A program made the position numbers and the translations under genes. From Marinilabiliales bacterium (GTDB lineage Bacteria; Bacteroidota; Bacteroidia; Bacteroidales; SZUA-534), in contig DOTG01000026.1 of the NCBI GenBank assembly GCA_003512955.1, positions 12,083-76,082 of the forward strand: 64,000 nt of DNA. Reading direction: 5' to 3'. Below, in pieces: positions 26,065 to 34,933 of the stretch (position 1 is the stretch's first letter; each line of letters opens with the position of its first letter). Below the pieces are notes generated by a model, which worked only from the letters and a program-made list of their open reading frames with translations, searched no databases and was not told where the DNA came from.

Positions 26065-26877
26065 ATGAATAATTTTTGGCAGCGTACTTTTACCGGAATT
26101 ATTTTTGCATTACTGCTGATATCAGGAATTTTATTAAATTCATGGTCGTTTATCTTGTTGTTTCTCATTGTTGAAATTCTAGCATTGCGTGAATTTTTTA
26201 TTTTTTCGATAAAAAGCCACACCCTTCCGCAAAAATATTATGGCAGCATTGTTGGTGGAATAGCCGTTTTTACCTCTTTTTTATGGTACCAAATTACCTG
26301 GGGCTATTATTTAAGCTTACTAATCATCCCCATGGTTTTATTTATTTTTATATTCGAATTATATCGGAACCAAAAACATCCATTGTTAAACATTGCCACA
26401 ACCCTCATGGGATTGATTTATATTACCTTTCCCATCAGTCTTTTGCCGCATTTAGCCTACATGAACGGCGAATTTAACGGCAAAGTGGTTTTAGGTGTCT
26501 TGGTTTTAATCTGGATGTCGGATACCGGTGCCTATTTATTTGGTGTCACTCTAGGCCACCATCGGATGTTTGAACGCATATCACCTAAAAAAACATGGGA
26601 AGGTTTCTTTGGCGGACTGTTGGTCGCCATGGGAGCTTCATTTTTATTGGGGCGTTATTTCAACTTTTTTGAAACCCACACTTGGGCAGTGATAGCCGCT
26701 ATCGTGGTTATCTTTGGCGCCTTGGGCGATTTGGTGGAATCGATGTTCAAACGTAGCCTTTCAATAAAAGATTCGAGCCATATTTTACCGGGACATGGAG
26801 GAATCTTAGATCGTTTTGATAGTTTAATTTTCGCGATTCCTGCAATTTTTACATATTTGTATTTCTTTGTAAAATAA
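26065..26877 (+). CDS. cdsA: phosphatidate cytidylyltransferase
   Basis: Multi-TM protein with the CdsA signature SDTGAYLFG...KKTWEG...GHGGILDRFDS. Confidence 0.85.
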   Translation: MNNFWQRTFTGIIFALLLISGILLNSWSFILLFLIVEILALREFFIFSIKSHTLPQKYYGSIVGGIAVFTSFLWYQITWGYYLSLLIIPMVLFIFIFELYRNQKHPLLNIATTLMGLIYITFPISLLPHLAYMNGEFNGKVVLGVLVLIWMSDTGAYLFGVTLGHHRMFERISPKKTWEGFFGGLLVAMGASFLLGRYFNFFETHTWAVIAAIVVIFGALGDLVESMFKRSLSIKDSSHILPGHGGILDRFDSLIFAIPAIFTYLYFFVK

Positions 26878-26897
26878 TAACTAGAAAATCCTTACGT

Positions 26898-27560
26898 ATG
26901 AGAATTCACAAAGCCGGATTTAGTGTCATTACCGTGGCACTGTTGATTTCCGGAACCCTAATGACTGTATTGGTTTTAACAAAAATGCCCACTTGGGTAT
27001 TAGGAGGTTTTGGGCTCATCTTTTTCCTTTTGTTAGCTTTTATTTTTAGGTTTTTCAGGTTTCCAAACCGCAAAATTGAGTTCGACGAAACCATGGTCGT
27101 TTCACCCGCCGATGGTACCATTGTTGCCATCGAAGAGGTTGAAGAAAATGAATTCATCAAAGAAAAAAGGATTCAGATATCAATTTTCATGTCGGTCTGG
27201 AATGTCCACATTAACTGGTATCCGGTAGTGGGCAAAATCCTTCAGTCTATTCATTTTGATGGAAAGTACATGGCAGCCTGGTTGCCCAAATCATCGCATG
27301 AAAACGAACGCTCAGTGGTTGTGATTGATACTCCCAAAGCTGGAAAAATATTGGTGAAACAAATTGCCGGGGCTGTAGCACGGAGAATCATCACCTATGC
27401 AAAACCTGAACTAGAATGTCATGCAGGAGATCAGCTCGGATTTATCCGCTTTGGCAGCAGGGTTGACGTATTGATTCCCATAGGTTCCGAAATCAAAGTA
27501 CAGTTGAACCAAAAGGTGACCGGTGGGTTAACGCTGTTGGCCAAGCTCCCTCATTCATAA
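26898..27560 (+). CDS. psd: phosphatidylserine decarboxylase proenzyme (short membrane-anchored type)
   Basis: N-terminal TM helices, SPADGTIV, and a self-cleavage region FGSRVD in LGFIRFGSRVDVLIP. Confidence 0.85.
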   Translation: MRIHKAGFSVITVALLISGTLMTVLVLTKMPTWVLGGFGLIFFLLLAFIFRFFRFPNRKIEFDETMVVSPADGTIVAIEEVEENEFIKEKRIQISIFMSVWNVHINWYPVVGKILQSIHFDGKYMAAWLPKSSHENERSVVVIDTPKAGKILVKQIAGAVARRIITYAKPELECHAGDQLGFIRFGSRVDVLIPIGSEIKVQLNQKVTGGLTLLAKLPHS

Positions 27561-27633
27561 GGTTTCGGGGCTTAAACTGCTATTAAATAGAAAAAAAAGT
27601 ACGCTTTGGTTTTAATTTATGCAGCGATAACTT

Positions 27634-27641
27634 TAACTTTG
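27634..27641 (+). promoter_or_regulatory. candidate -7 box for the ferredoxin gene
   Basis: TAACTTTG, 30 nt upstream of ATG 27672. Confidence 0.45.
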
Positions 27642-27671
27642 TCGCTTATTAATAATCAAAATAATTCGGAT

Positions 27672-27842
27672 ATGGCTTATAAAATTTCTGAAGATTGTAT
27701 AGCTTGTGGAACCTGCATTGCTGAATGCCCCGTTGAAGCTATTTCTGAAGGTGATATCTATGTAATTGATCCCAACATTTGTACCGATTGTGGCACATGT
27801 GCTGAGGTTTGTCCTGTAGAAGCAATTGCACCCGCAGAATAA
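27672..27842 (+). CDS. 2x[4Fe-4S] ferredoxin
   Basis: 56 aa from ATG 27672 with two CxxCxxCxxxCP motifs (CIACGTCIAECP, CTDCGTCAEVCP). A TAACTTTG -7 box at 27634-27641 supports the short start. Confidence 0.85.
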   Translation: MAYKISEDCIACGTCIAECPVEAISEGDIYVIDPNICTDCGTCAEVCPVEAIAPAE

Positions 27843-27863
27843 AAAAGATTTTTGTATTTGATA

Positions 27864-27891
27864 AAAAGCCCATCATCATTGGGCTTTTTTC
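27864..27891 (+). terminator. Rho-independent terminator after the ferredoxin gene
   Basis: AAAAGCCCA-tcatcat-TGGGCTTTTTT, about 22 nt after the stop. Confidence 0.8.
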
Positions 27892-27964
27892 ATTTATTAC
27901 CCTTTCAACAAATCCGGCTTGGCAAATAAACGGATGTATGAAGACAATGTTTCTCAATAAATTT

Positions 27965-27972
27965 TATATTTG
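27965..27972 (+). promoter_or_regulatory. candidate -7 box for the capD-like gene
   Basis: TATATTTG, 37 nt upstream of ATG 28010. Confidence 0.45.
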
Positions 27973-28009
27973 CACTGCTATTTCAACAACAACTGCCAAA
28001 TGATTTATC

Positions 28010-29890
28010 ATGATATTTAGTAAAAAATATACACCAAGGTGGATCGTATTTCTAATTGATGTGTTTATTTCCATCGCCAGTGTGGCTCTGGCTTATTTGC
28101 TCCGGTTCAATTTTGAAATTCCTGAAACCAATGTAGCCTCGTTGTATTTTATCATCCCTTTTGTTGCCACCATCCGGATTATTAGTTTTATCATTGGAAA
28201 GACCTATGCAGGAATTGTCCGTTATACCGGACTAAAAGATTCCCAACGGATTTTTATGACCCTTTTTTTAGGAAGTGCTTTTATCATTCTTAGCAATATT
28301 GTTAGCTATTATTATATTACCCATGCCTTTATTGTTCCACTTTCCATTGTAATTATCGACTTTTTAACCACAACATTTTTCATGACCTCCTTACGGTGGT
28401 TGGTAAAAGCTGTTTTTTGGGAATTCCGGACTTCGCCCATACAAATTAAAAAGGCAGTAATATATGGAACCGGCCACGCTGCCATTGCGGCCAAACAGAC
28501 TTTAGAGCAAGACCTTGAAAACCGATATAAAGTAGTCGCTTTTTTCGGCGATGTGACCAAACGTAGTCGGAAACAACTTGAAGGAATCAGTATTTACCCG
28601 CTGGCTGACATTGAAAAAATTATATCTGATGAACTGGTCCAATATATGATTCTGGCCAAACCCTTTGAAACCCTAGATGAAAAGAATAACCTGATTGATT
28701 TAAGTTTAAACAATAATGTAAGGGTATTAGCAGTCCCCAACGTTGAGAGCTGGATCAACGGGGAATTGAGTTCCAAACAAATCCGGCATATTAAGATTGA
28801 AGACCTGCTCGAAAGGGAACCCATCAAATTAAATATCGAAAACATAAGCAGCCAAATCAAAAACAAAGTAGTCCTTATCACGGGAGCTGCCGGTTCTATT
28901 GGCAGCGAAATGGTCAGGCAATTGATTAAGTTTGAGCCAAAGAACCTGGTGCTATTTGATCAGGCAGAAACCCCGATGTATGACATTGAAATGGAACTCC
29001 GCGAACAAAAGCAATGTTTCAACTTTCAAGTAATGATTGGCGACATTTCCGACCCCCTGAGAGTTGAAGAAGTTTTTAAAACATTTGCCCCAGATATTGT
29101 TTTCCATGCAGCCGCTTACAAACATGTCCCCATGATGGAAAACAATCCGGCAGAGGCCATTAAAACCAATGTGTTTGGCACACAGACTATTGCCGACATG
29201 GCTGTAAAATACCATACTAAAAAGTTTGTGATGGTTTCTACCGATAAGGCCGTAAATCCAACCAATGTAATGGGTGCATCAAAACGATTAGCCGAGATTT
29301 ATATCCAATCGTTAAACCAGGAAACAAATACAACTGCTTTTATAACTACCCGCTTTGGAAATGTTTTAGGGTCCAATGGTTCGGTAATTCCAAGGTTTAA
29401 GAAACAAATTGAAGAAGGTGGTCCTATTACAGTAACCCACCCCCAAATTACCCGTTATTTTATGACCATTCCCGAAGCTTGTCAATTGGTGTTGGAAGCC
29501 GGAACTATGGGTACTGGCGGCGAAATCTTTATTTTTGATATGGGCAAATCGGTAAAAATTGTCGATTTAGCAAAAAAAATGATCAAACTTTCGGGACTGC
29601 AATTGGGCAAAGACATCCAAATTAACTTTACCGGGTTACGTCCAGGTGAAAAATTATACGAAGAACTGCTGGCCGATAAAGAAAACACCCTCCCCACGCA
29701 TCATGCCCAAATCATGATAGCCAAAGTACGGAAATACCCGTTCCCGGAGGTGAAAGAACAAATTCAGGAGTTATTAAGCCTGCTAAATGGACAAAATGAC
29801 CTGATGATTGTTGAAAAGGTGAAACGGATCATCCCGGAATTCATCAGCCAGAATTCTATTTACGAAAAACTGGATAAGCCTGTAGTTTAG
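28010..29890 (+). CDS. membrane-bound polysaccharide biosynthesis protein, CapD/WbpM/PglF-like nucleotide-sugar 4,6-dehydratase
   Basis: Four N-terminal TM helices, Rossmann motif VLITGAAGSIGSE, and an SDR-extended core MVSTDKAVNPTNVMGASKRLAE. Confidence 0.85.
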   Translation: MIFSKKYTPRWIVFLIDVFISIASVALAYLLRFNFEIPETNVASLYFIIPFVATIRIISFIIGKTYAGIVRYTGLKDSQRIFMTLFLGSAFIILSNIVSYYYITHAFIVPLSIVIIDFLTTTFFMTSLRWLVKAVFWEFRTSPIQIKKAVIYGTGHAAIAAKQTLEQDLENRYKVVAFFGDVTKRSRKQLEGISIYPLADIEKIISDELVQYMILAKPFETLDEKNNLIDLSLNNNVRVLAVPNVESWINGELSSKQIRHIKIEDLLEREPIKLNIENISSQIKNKVVLITGAAGSIGSEMVRQLIKFEPKNLVLFDQAETPMYDIEMELREQKQCFNFQVMIGDISDPLRVEEVFKTFAPDIVFHAAAYKHVPMMENNPAEAIKTNVFGTQTIADMAVKYHTKKFVMVSTDKAVNPTNVMGASKRLAEIYIQSLNQETNTTAFITTRFGNVLGSNGSVIPRFKKQIEEGGPITVTHPQITRYFMTIPEACQLVLEAGTMGTGGEIFIFDMGKSVKIVDLAKKMIKLSGLQLGKDIQINFTGLRPGEKLYEELLADKENTLPTHHAQIMIAKVRKYPFPEVKEQIQELLSLLNGQNDLMIVEKVKRIIPEFISQNSIYEKLDKPVV

Positions 29891-29896
29891 ATTTTT

Positions 29897-29941
29897 ACCT
29901 AAGACTTACGATTTTATACAGAATTACCTGTACTCTTAGGT
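29897..29941 (+). terminator. weak hairpin after the capD-like gene
   Basis: ACCTAAGA (29897-29904) pairs with TCTTAGGT (29934-29941) across a 29-nt loop. The downstream sequence is T-rich. It starts 7 nt after the stop. Confidence 0.3.
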
Positions 29942-30011
29942 TTCAAGTGTCTTTTATTTGTTATTTAAAAATCCGGAAAGTATCTTAAAACAATACTTCA
30001 ATAAATATTTT

Positions 30012-30095
30012 GTAACACGTTGAATTTGAAATACATGGGAGTAAATTGAAATACTTGGAAATATTTCTCTATTTCTATGTACTTCAACGTATTAC
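30012..30095. repeat. 84-nt imperfect extended hairpin in the convergent capD-like / rimM intergenic region
   Basis: GTAACACGTTGAA (30012-30024) pairs with TTCAACGTATTAC (30083-30095), 13 nt with 1 mismatch. An inner TACAT/ATGTA pairing lies at 30032-30036 and 30077-30081. TTGAAATAC is repeated directly inside. Confidence 0.55.
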
Positions 30096-30137
30096 ATAAT
30101 GATAAAATGCCAATTAAAAAAGTTTAACGGACTATTG

Positions 30138-30659
30138 TTAAAAAAGGTCAACCAATCCTTCGGGAAGGTTTAAAGTAATACTTTTTAGTTTTGGTTGTAT
30201 TTTAACCACAAAGTGAGGATGGATAGGCAAAAGCAGTTCCTTTTTGCCATGTTCAACTACCAACAACGGGTTCGATGGGTTTTCAATAAATTCTTTCACC
30301 ACCCCTATCTCCCCAAGATGAATGTCGTGGACTGTAAAATCGACAAGTAACTTAGGACTCTGGGCAAAATCCTCTTCTTCTAAACCCAGTTCCTCATTCA
30401 AAGAATAAACAGCGCACCCTACCATATCTCTTGCTTTTTGTTCGGTTTCTATCCATAAAAATTTAATGCGGAAACGCTGGCTGCTGAGGGCTTTTAATTC
30501 ATCAATAAAAAAAGGAACCAGTAAACCTTCTATTTCTAGAAATACTGATTCCTTAATATTTTCAACCACTTCGGGAGTGTTGCTATCCAATATTATTTCA
30601 CCACGTACCCCATGAGGCTTTACAATGGTGCCAATACGAAAGCAATCCTCCTTGTGCAT
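30138..30659 (-). CDS. rimM: 16S rRNA processing protein RimM
   Basis: GTIVKPHGVRGEIIL N-terminal barrel plus a PRC-barrel C-terminus. The gene follows rpsP directly. Confidence 0.85.
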   Translation of the reverse strand: MHKEDCFRIGTIVKPHGVRGEIILDSNTPEVVENIKESVFLEIEGLLVPFFIDELKALSSQRFRIKFLWIETEQKARDMVGCAVYSLNEELGLEEEDFAQSPKLLVDFTVHDIHLGEIGVVKEFIENPSNPLLVVEHGKKELLLPIHPHFVVKIQPKLKSITLNLPEGLVDLF

Positions 30660-30670
30660 GGAGTAACTTG

Positions 30671-31207
30671 TTATTCTGCAGCAGTTTCTTCTGGAGCAGC
30701 TTCACCTTCAGCTTCTTCAGGAGCAGGTGCTTGAGCAGCTTTTGCTAGTTCGGCAGCTTTTTCGGCAATGGCCTGAGCCCTGCTTTCGCTTACTTTCTTT
30801 TCGGCAGCTAAACGGGTCCGGTCATCGGCCGATTTCTCAGAATGTAAACGGCTCACTTTCGATTGGATTTTGTTAGCTTTTTCGTCCAGCCATTTAGCGA
30901 ATTTTTGTTCGGCAGCAGTTTCATCAAAAGCCCCTTTTTTAACACCATCCAACAAGTGTTTTTTCATTAACACCCCTTTATAGGAAAGAATTGCGCGTGC
31001 GGTATCCGAGGGTTGCGCACCCACTTGTAGCCAATACAATGCCCGATCAAAGTTAAGTTCAATAGTAGCAGGATTTGTGTTTGGGTTGTAATTCCCTAAT
31101 CTTTCTATGAACTTACCATCACGTGGCGCCCTGCTATCGGCTGCAATAATGTGGTAATAAGCGTTACGCTTTCTACCATGTCTTGCTAATCTGATTCTTA
31201 CAGGCAT
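30671..31207 (-). CDS. rpsP: 30S ribosomal protein S16 with a long Ala/Glu/Lys-rich C-terminal extension
   Basis: [42 protein letters not shown] is canonical S16. At 178 aa in total, the C-terminal half or so is low-complexity. Confidence 0.9.
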   Translation of the reverse strand: MPVRIRLARHGRKRNAYYHIIAADSRAPRDGKFIERLGNYNPNTNPATIELNFDRALYWLQVGAQPSDTARAILSYKGVLMKKHLLDGVKKGAFDETAAEQKFAKWLDEKANKIQSKVSRLHSEKSADDRTRLAAEKKVSESRAQAIAEKAAELAKAAQAPAPEEAEGEAAPEETAAE

Positions 31208-31250
31208 AGTTTAAATTTTTAATTAATAATACATTTTATTTTAGCGGCTG

Positions 31251-31258
31251 CAAATATA
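31251..31258 (-). promoter_or_regulatory. candidate -7 box for rpsP-rimM
   Basis: Reverse strand TATATTTG, 43 nt upstream of ATG 31207. Confidence 0.5.
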
Positions 31259-31424
31259 ATGGTTTTTTCAGAACATAAACCACTTTCCGCTATTTTAAAT
31301 CAAAAAAATAGTTCTTACTCAGAGGTTTATTCATTTGGCAAAGACTTTACCGTGTGCGAAATACCAGATGTTTTAATCAAACAGAAGACTCTTGTGAGGA
31401 TGCTTACATATTGATGATTAATGC

Positions 31425-31432
31425 TATTTTTG
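31425..31432 (+). promoter_or_regulatory. candidate -7 box for the two-component operon
   Basis: TATTTTTG, 13 nt upstream of ATG 31446. Confidence 0.4.
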
Positions 31433-31445
31433 TTAAAAAAAAGCA

Positions 31446-32393
31446 ATGCTCCGTCTTGTTACACTTTTAATTTCTATAACTTTTCAATTGGTGGCTGCCA
31501 TTTTTGCCCTCCGGCTCATGAGGGTCACTAAATACCGGGCTTCATGGGTGTTAATCTCCATGGGCTTTTTACTTTTGGCTGTCCGTTATACCATCAAATT
31601 GATACAGTTTTTGCAAGACGATTTTTCATTTTACCTAACCATGGCCGACGATTGGCTGGGGGTACTCATTTCGTTTGTTTTTACGGCAGGGGTATTTCTC
31701 ATTGGTGAAATTTTCTATTCCCTCAAAAGAGCAGAAATTGAGCGCACCCGTTCCGAAAACCGGATATTGAATGCCATCATTCAAACCGAAGAAAAAGAAC
31801 GCAAACGCTTTGCCAAGGACTTGCACGATGGGCTGGGTCCCTTGTTGTCCGCCGTTAAGATGTCGGTTTCGGCCTTGATGAACAACAAAACCCAGAACCA
31901 GACCGAGATTTTGGAAAACACGAATATGGTTATTAACGAAGCCATAACGAGCATTAAAGAAATTTCGAACAACCTAAGTCCCCATGTACTTACTAATTTT
32001 GGCTTGGTGAGTGCCATAAAGAATTTTACACATAAAATAAACCAAACCCGCTCGGTGACCATCAACTTTATATCAAATTGCGAAAACGAACGATTCGACC
32101 CAAACGTTGAAACTATTTTATACCGGGCCACATGCGAGCTCATTAACAATACATTGAAACATGCCAACGCCACTCAAGTAGCTATAAATATCGAGAAGCA
32201 TTTAAAAACCTTAACCATTCAGTTTAACGATAATGGAATTGGATTTATTCCTGAGAAAAGAAACCCAAGCCAGGAAACCGGCATGGGGTTCTCGAACATC
32301 ATCTCGCGGATAAAATCAATTAACGGGGTTTTTGTAATTAATAGCGCCCCAGGCGAGGGAACGCATGCCCTTATAAAAGTACGGTTAAATTAA
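31446..32393 (+). CDS. sensor histidine kinase, HisKA_3 (NarL-partner) type, membrane-only sensing region
   Basis: Three N-terminal TM helices with no sizeable extracytoplasmic loop. H-box FAKDLHDGLGPLLS, N-box NNTLKHANA, G-boxes DNGIGF and GMGFSNI. Confidence 0.8.
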   Translation: MLRLVTLLISITFQLVAAIFALRLMRVTKYRASWVLISMGFLLLAVRYTIKLIQFLQDDFSFYLTMADDWLGVLISFVFTAGVFLIGEIFYSLKRAEIERTRSENRILNAIIQTEEKERKRFAKDLHDGLGPLLSAVKMSVSALMNNKTQNQTEILENTNMVINEAITSIKEISNNLSPHVLTNFGLVSAIKNFTHKINQTRSVTINFISNCENERFDPNVETILYRATCELINNTLKHANATQVAINIEKHLKTLTIQFNDNGIGFIPEKRNPSQETGMGFSNIISRIKSINGVFVINSAPGEGTHALIKVRLN

Positions 32394-33044
32394 ATGAACA
32401 TGAATCGAATAAAAATTATCTTGGTCGATGACCATGCCCTTTTCAGAAACGGATTAAAAATTCTGCTAAACTCCGAACCTACCATGGCGGTTATTGATGA
32501 GGCATCCAATGGGAAAGAATTTCTAGAAAAATTAGAAGCAAAACTCCCTGATGTAGTGCTGATGGATATTAACATGCCCGTGATGGATGGCATTGAGGCC
32601 ACTCAATTGGCCACGCTAAAATATCCCGATATTAAAGTAATTGCCCTTTCCATGTTTGGCGAAGAGGATTATTATTATAAAATGATCAATGCCGGAGTCA
32701 AGGGATTTTTATTGAAAAATTCTGAGATTAATGAGGTCATTGAGGCGGTACATCAGGTTTTGCAAGGCGGGAGCTTTTTCTCACAAGAATTGCTCTACAA
32801 TGTGATTAAAAATTTTCATCCGCACAAAGAGATTGAATCAGAACTTACATCTCTTTCAAAAAGAGAGCTCGAAGTCTTGGCAGAAATCTGCAAAGGCCTT
32901 TCGAACCAAGAAATTGCCGACACCCTTTTTATCAGCAAACGGACGGTTGATAAACACCGGGCAAACCTGTTAAGTAAAACCAATTCAAAAAACACCGCTA
33001 ACTTAATCATGTATGCCATAAAGAATAAATTAATTGCCGTTTAA
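32394..33044 (+). CDS. NarL/FixJ-family response regulator (REC + LuxR HTH)
   Basis: ILVDDH, VLMDINMP and KVIALS in the receiver. LuxR HTH is LSKRELEVLAEICKGLSNQEIADTLFISKRTVDKHRANLL. The start abuts the kinase stop. Confidence 0.9.
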   Translation: MNMNRIKIILVDDHALFRNGLKILLNSEPTMAVIDEASNGKEFLEKLEAKLPDVVLMDINMPVMDGIEATQLATLKYPDIKVIALSMFGEEDYYYKMINAGVKGFLLKNSEINEVIEAVHQVLQGGSFFSQELLYNVIKNFHPHKEIESELTSLSKRELEVLAEICKGLSNQEIADTLFISKRTVDKHRANLLSKTNSKNTANLIMYAIKNKLIAV

Positions 33045-33062
33045 CCTATTAGTTTTTGAAAA

Positions 33063-33800
33063 ATGAAACCATTTACAATTCTTCACCTTACTGAGGTTGA
33101 TTCAACCAACAAATACCTGAGAAATCAGATTGACAAATCGGCCCTGCCTGAGGGATATGTAATTTCAGCCGATTTTCAGAACAGCGGAAAAGGACTTGGT
33201 ACAAATACCTGGGAAAGCGAGGCCAACAAAAACCTGACATTTAGCTTGCTGCTCTGTCCAGGTTTTTTAAAAGCTGAAGATATGTTTCTGATGTCGAAAG
33301 CTATTTCACTGGGCATCATTGATGCACTGAATACATATCAGAATTGTTTTACCATTAAATGGCCCAATGACATTTATTACCAAAACAAAAAAGTAGGTGG
33401 TATATTAATTGAAAACCAGATACAAGGGAGCCAAATTAAATTTTCAATTATCGGAATTGGTATTAATGTAAATCAGGAACGTTTTACCAGCGATGCCCCA
33501 AACCCCATTTCACTTCAACAAATTCTAAAGCATCCGTTGGATACCAATGAATGTTTAAATCGTATCCTAAATCAAATTTCCATTTGGTACGACATGCTTT
33601 CCGATGGTTATACAGAAAAAATTAACCAACAATATTTTAACCATCTCTTCCGTTCGCATCACTACCACGACTTTAAAGCCAACAATGAGTTATTCCATGC
33701 TAAAATTATGGAGGTTAAAGACGACGGGTGCCTGGTACTGGCAACACCCACAGGCGATACCCGGAGTTTTTACATGAAGGAAGTGGAGTTTGTGATGTAA
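33063..33800 (+). CDS. birA: biotin--[acetyl-CoA-carboxylase] ligase (group I, no N-terminal HTH)
   Basis: QNSGKGLGTNTWES (degenerate GRGRxGRxW) and KWPNDIYYQNKKVGGILIE. Confidence 0.8.
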   Translation: MKPFTILHLTEVDSTNKYLRNQIDKSALPEGYVISADFQNSGKGLGTNTWESEANKNLTFSLLLCPGFLKAEDMFLMSKAISLGIIDALNTYQNCFTIKWPNDIYYQNKKVGGILIENQIQGSQIKFSIIGIGINVNQERFTSDAPNPISLQQILKHPLDTNECLNRILNQISIWYDMLSDGYTEKINQQYFNHLFRSHHYHDFKANNELFHAKIMEVKDDGCLVLATPTGDTRSFYMKEVEFVM

Positions 33801-33828
33801 TCAATTAGCATACATTCTTTTTAGCATC

Positions 33829-33855
33829 CTAATCTTTTAGTTTTAAAAAGATTAG
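33829..33855. terminator. bidirectional hairpin between convergent birA and SRPBCC genes
   Basis: CTAATCTTTT-agtttta-AAAAGATTAG, a perfect 10-bp stem. Confidence 0.6.
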
Positions 33856-33870
33856 TAATGTTTTCTTCAT

Positions 33871-34272
33871 TTATTCCCGAATAGTTTCCATTTTAGTAAC
33901 CAATGCTTCCACAAAGCTGGTCAAAGGTTTTTGAGCCACCACTTTCAGCAACGGATTCAATTCGGCCCTCAGAGTTATCTTAACACGGGTATCTTTGGTG
34001 TCCACGTCTTTTAACTGAATCCACATGTTAAATGAAAACGGCACCTGGTAATCGTTCGCAATCTTCAGGAGCTTGGAAGGTTCGCGCTCTATAATCCGCA
34101 TCCCGAATTTGCCAATGTTGTTAATGGTAAAACTACAACTGTCGGCATCGGATACAAAATCGGAAACCTGCTCGTTTGGGATAAATTTTGCGATGTTATT
34201 AAAGTCGGAAAGCAATTGAAATACATATTTTTGAGAGGCCATAACCTGGCCCACACGGCTTTCTATCTCCAT
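33871..34272 (-). CDS. SRPBCC-superfamily (START/polyketide-cyclase-like) small protein
   Basis: 133 aa. The alternating beta/alpha pattern and length are consistent with an SRPBCC fold. The stop lies just downstream of pyrE on the same strand. The family call is tentative. Confidence 0.5.
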   Translation of the reverse strand: MEIESRVGQVMASQKYVFQLLSDFNNIAKFIPNEQVSDFVSDADSCSFTINNIGKFGMRIIEREPSKLLKIANDYQVPFSFNMWIQLKDVDTKDTRVKITLRAELNPLLKVVAQKPLTSFVEALVTKMETIRE

Positions 34273-34294
34273 AAAAATGAATTGAATGCTAAAT

Positions 34295-34933
34295 TTATAA
34301 CCATTGATCGGGATTCTCGCGCCATTTCCTGAGCAACTCCAGGTCGGAGGATTTGATGTAACCGGTTTCGAGAGCCAGATCTACCAAAACCGGATAATTG
34401 CTTAGGGTTCCAAAAGCACAGTTTGCCTGTATAAAGCTTTCGCTGGCCTTGGCAAAACCATACGAAAAAATAGCAAGCAATCCTTCCACCCTAGCTCCGG
34501 CATTTCTTAACGCTTCAACTGCTTTAAGACTGCTACCTCCGGTTGAAATCAGATCCTCAATAACCACTACCGATTGGCCCTTTTCCAGGTGTCCCTCAAC
34601 CAGATTCTCCAAACCGTGCTTTTTGGCATCGGAACGCACATAAACAAAAGGTTTGTTCAATGCCTGTGCCACAAGTACCCCGTGGGCAATAGCACCGGTA
34701 GCTACCCCGGCAATTACCTCAACGTTTGAGTATTGGTTTTGAATGGCCTGTACAAAGGCATCACGGATAATATCCCGGGCCTCAGGAAAAGACAAGGTTT
34801 TCCGGTTGTCGCAATAGATGGGCGATTTCATCCCCGATGCCCATGTGAATGGACTTGTTGGTGACAATTTTATTGCGTTAATTTGCAACAATTGTGTTGC
34901 CACCTTTTTAGCTATTTCATTTGTTTGTGTCAT
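34295..34933 (-). CDS. pyrE: orotate phosphoribosyltransferase
   Basis: PRPP-binding motif VVVIEDLISTGGSS. N-terminal FTWASGMKSPIYCDNR. Confidence 0.9.
   Translation of the reverse strand: MTQTNEIAKKVATQLLQINAIKLSPTSPFTWASGMKSPIYCDNRKTLSFPEARDIIRDAFVQAIQNQYSNVEVIAGVATGAIAHGVLVAQALNKPFVYVRSDAKKHGLENLVEGHLEKGQSVVVIEDLISTGGSSLKAVEALRNAGARVEGLLAIFSYGFAKASESFIQANCAFGTLSNYPVLVDLALETGYIKSSDLELLRKWRENPDQWL

Noticed and set aside
30012-30095. Considered whether the 13-bp inverted repeats flank a Bacteroides-style invertible promoter
   Set aside because: The enclosed segment is only 58 bp and contains no TAnnTTTG box in either orientation. The arms do not match the ARACGTWCGT core used by Mpi-type invertases, and no recombinase gene is nearby. 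It is kept only as a structured-spacer finding.
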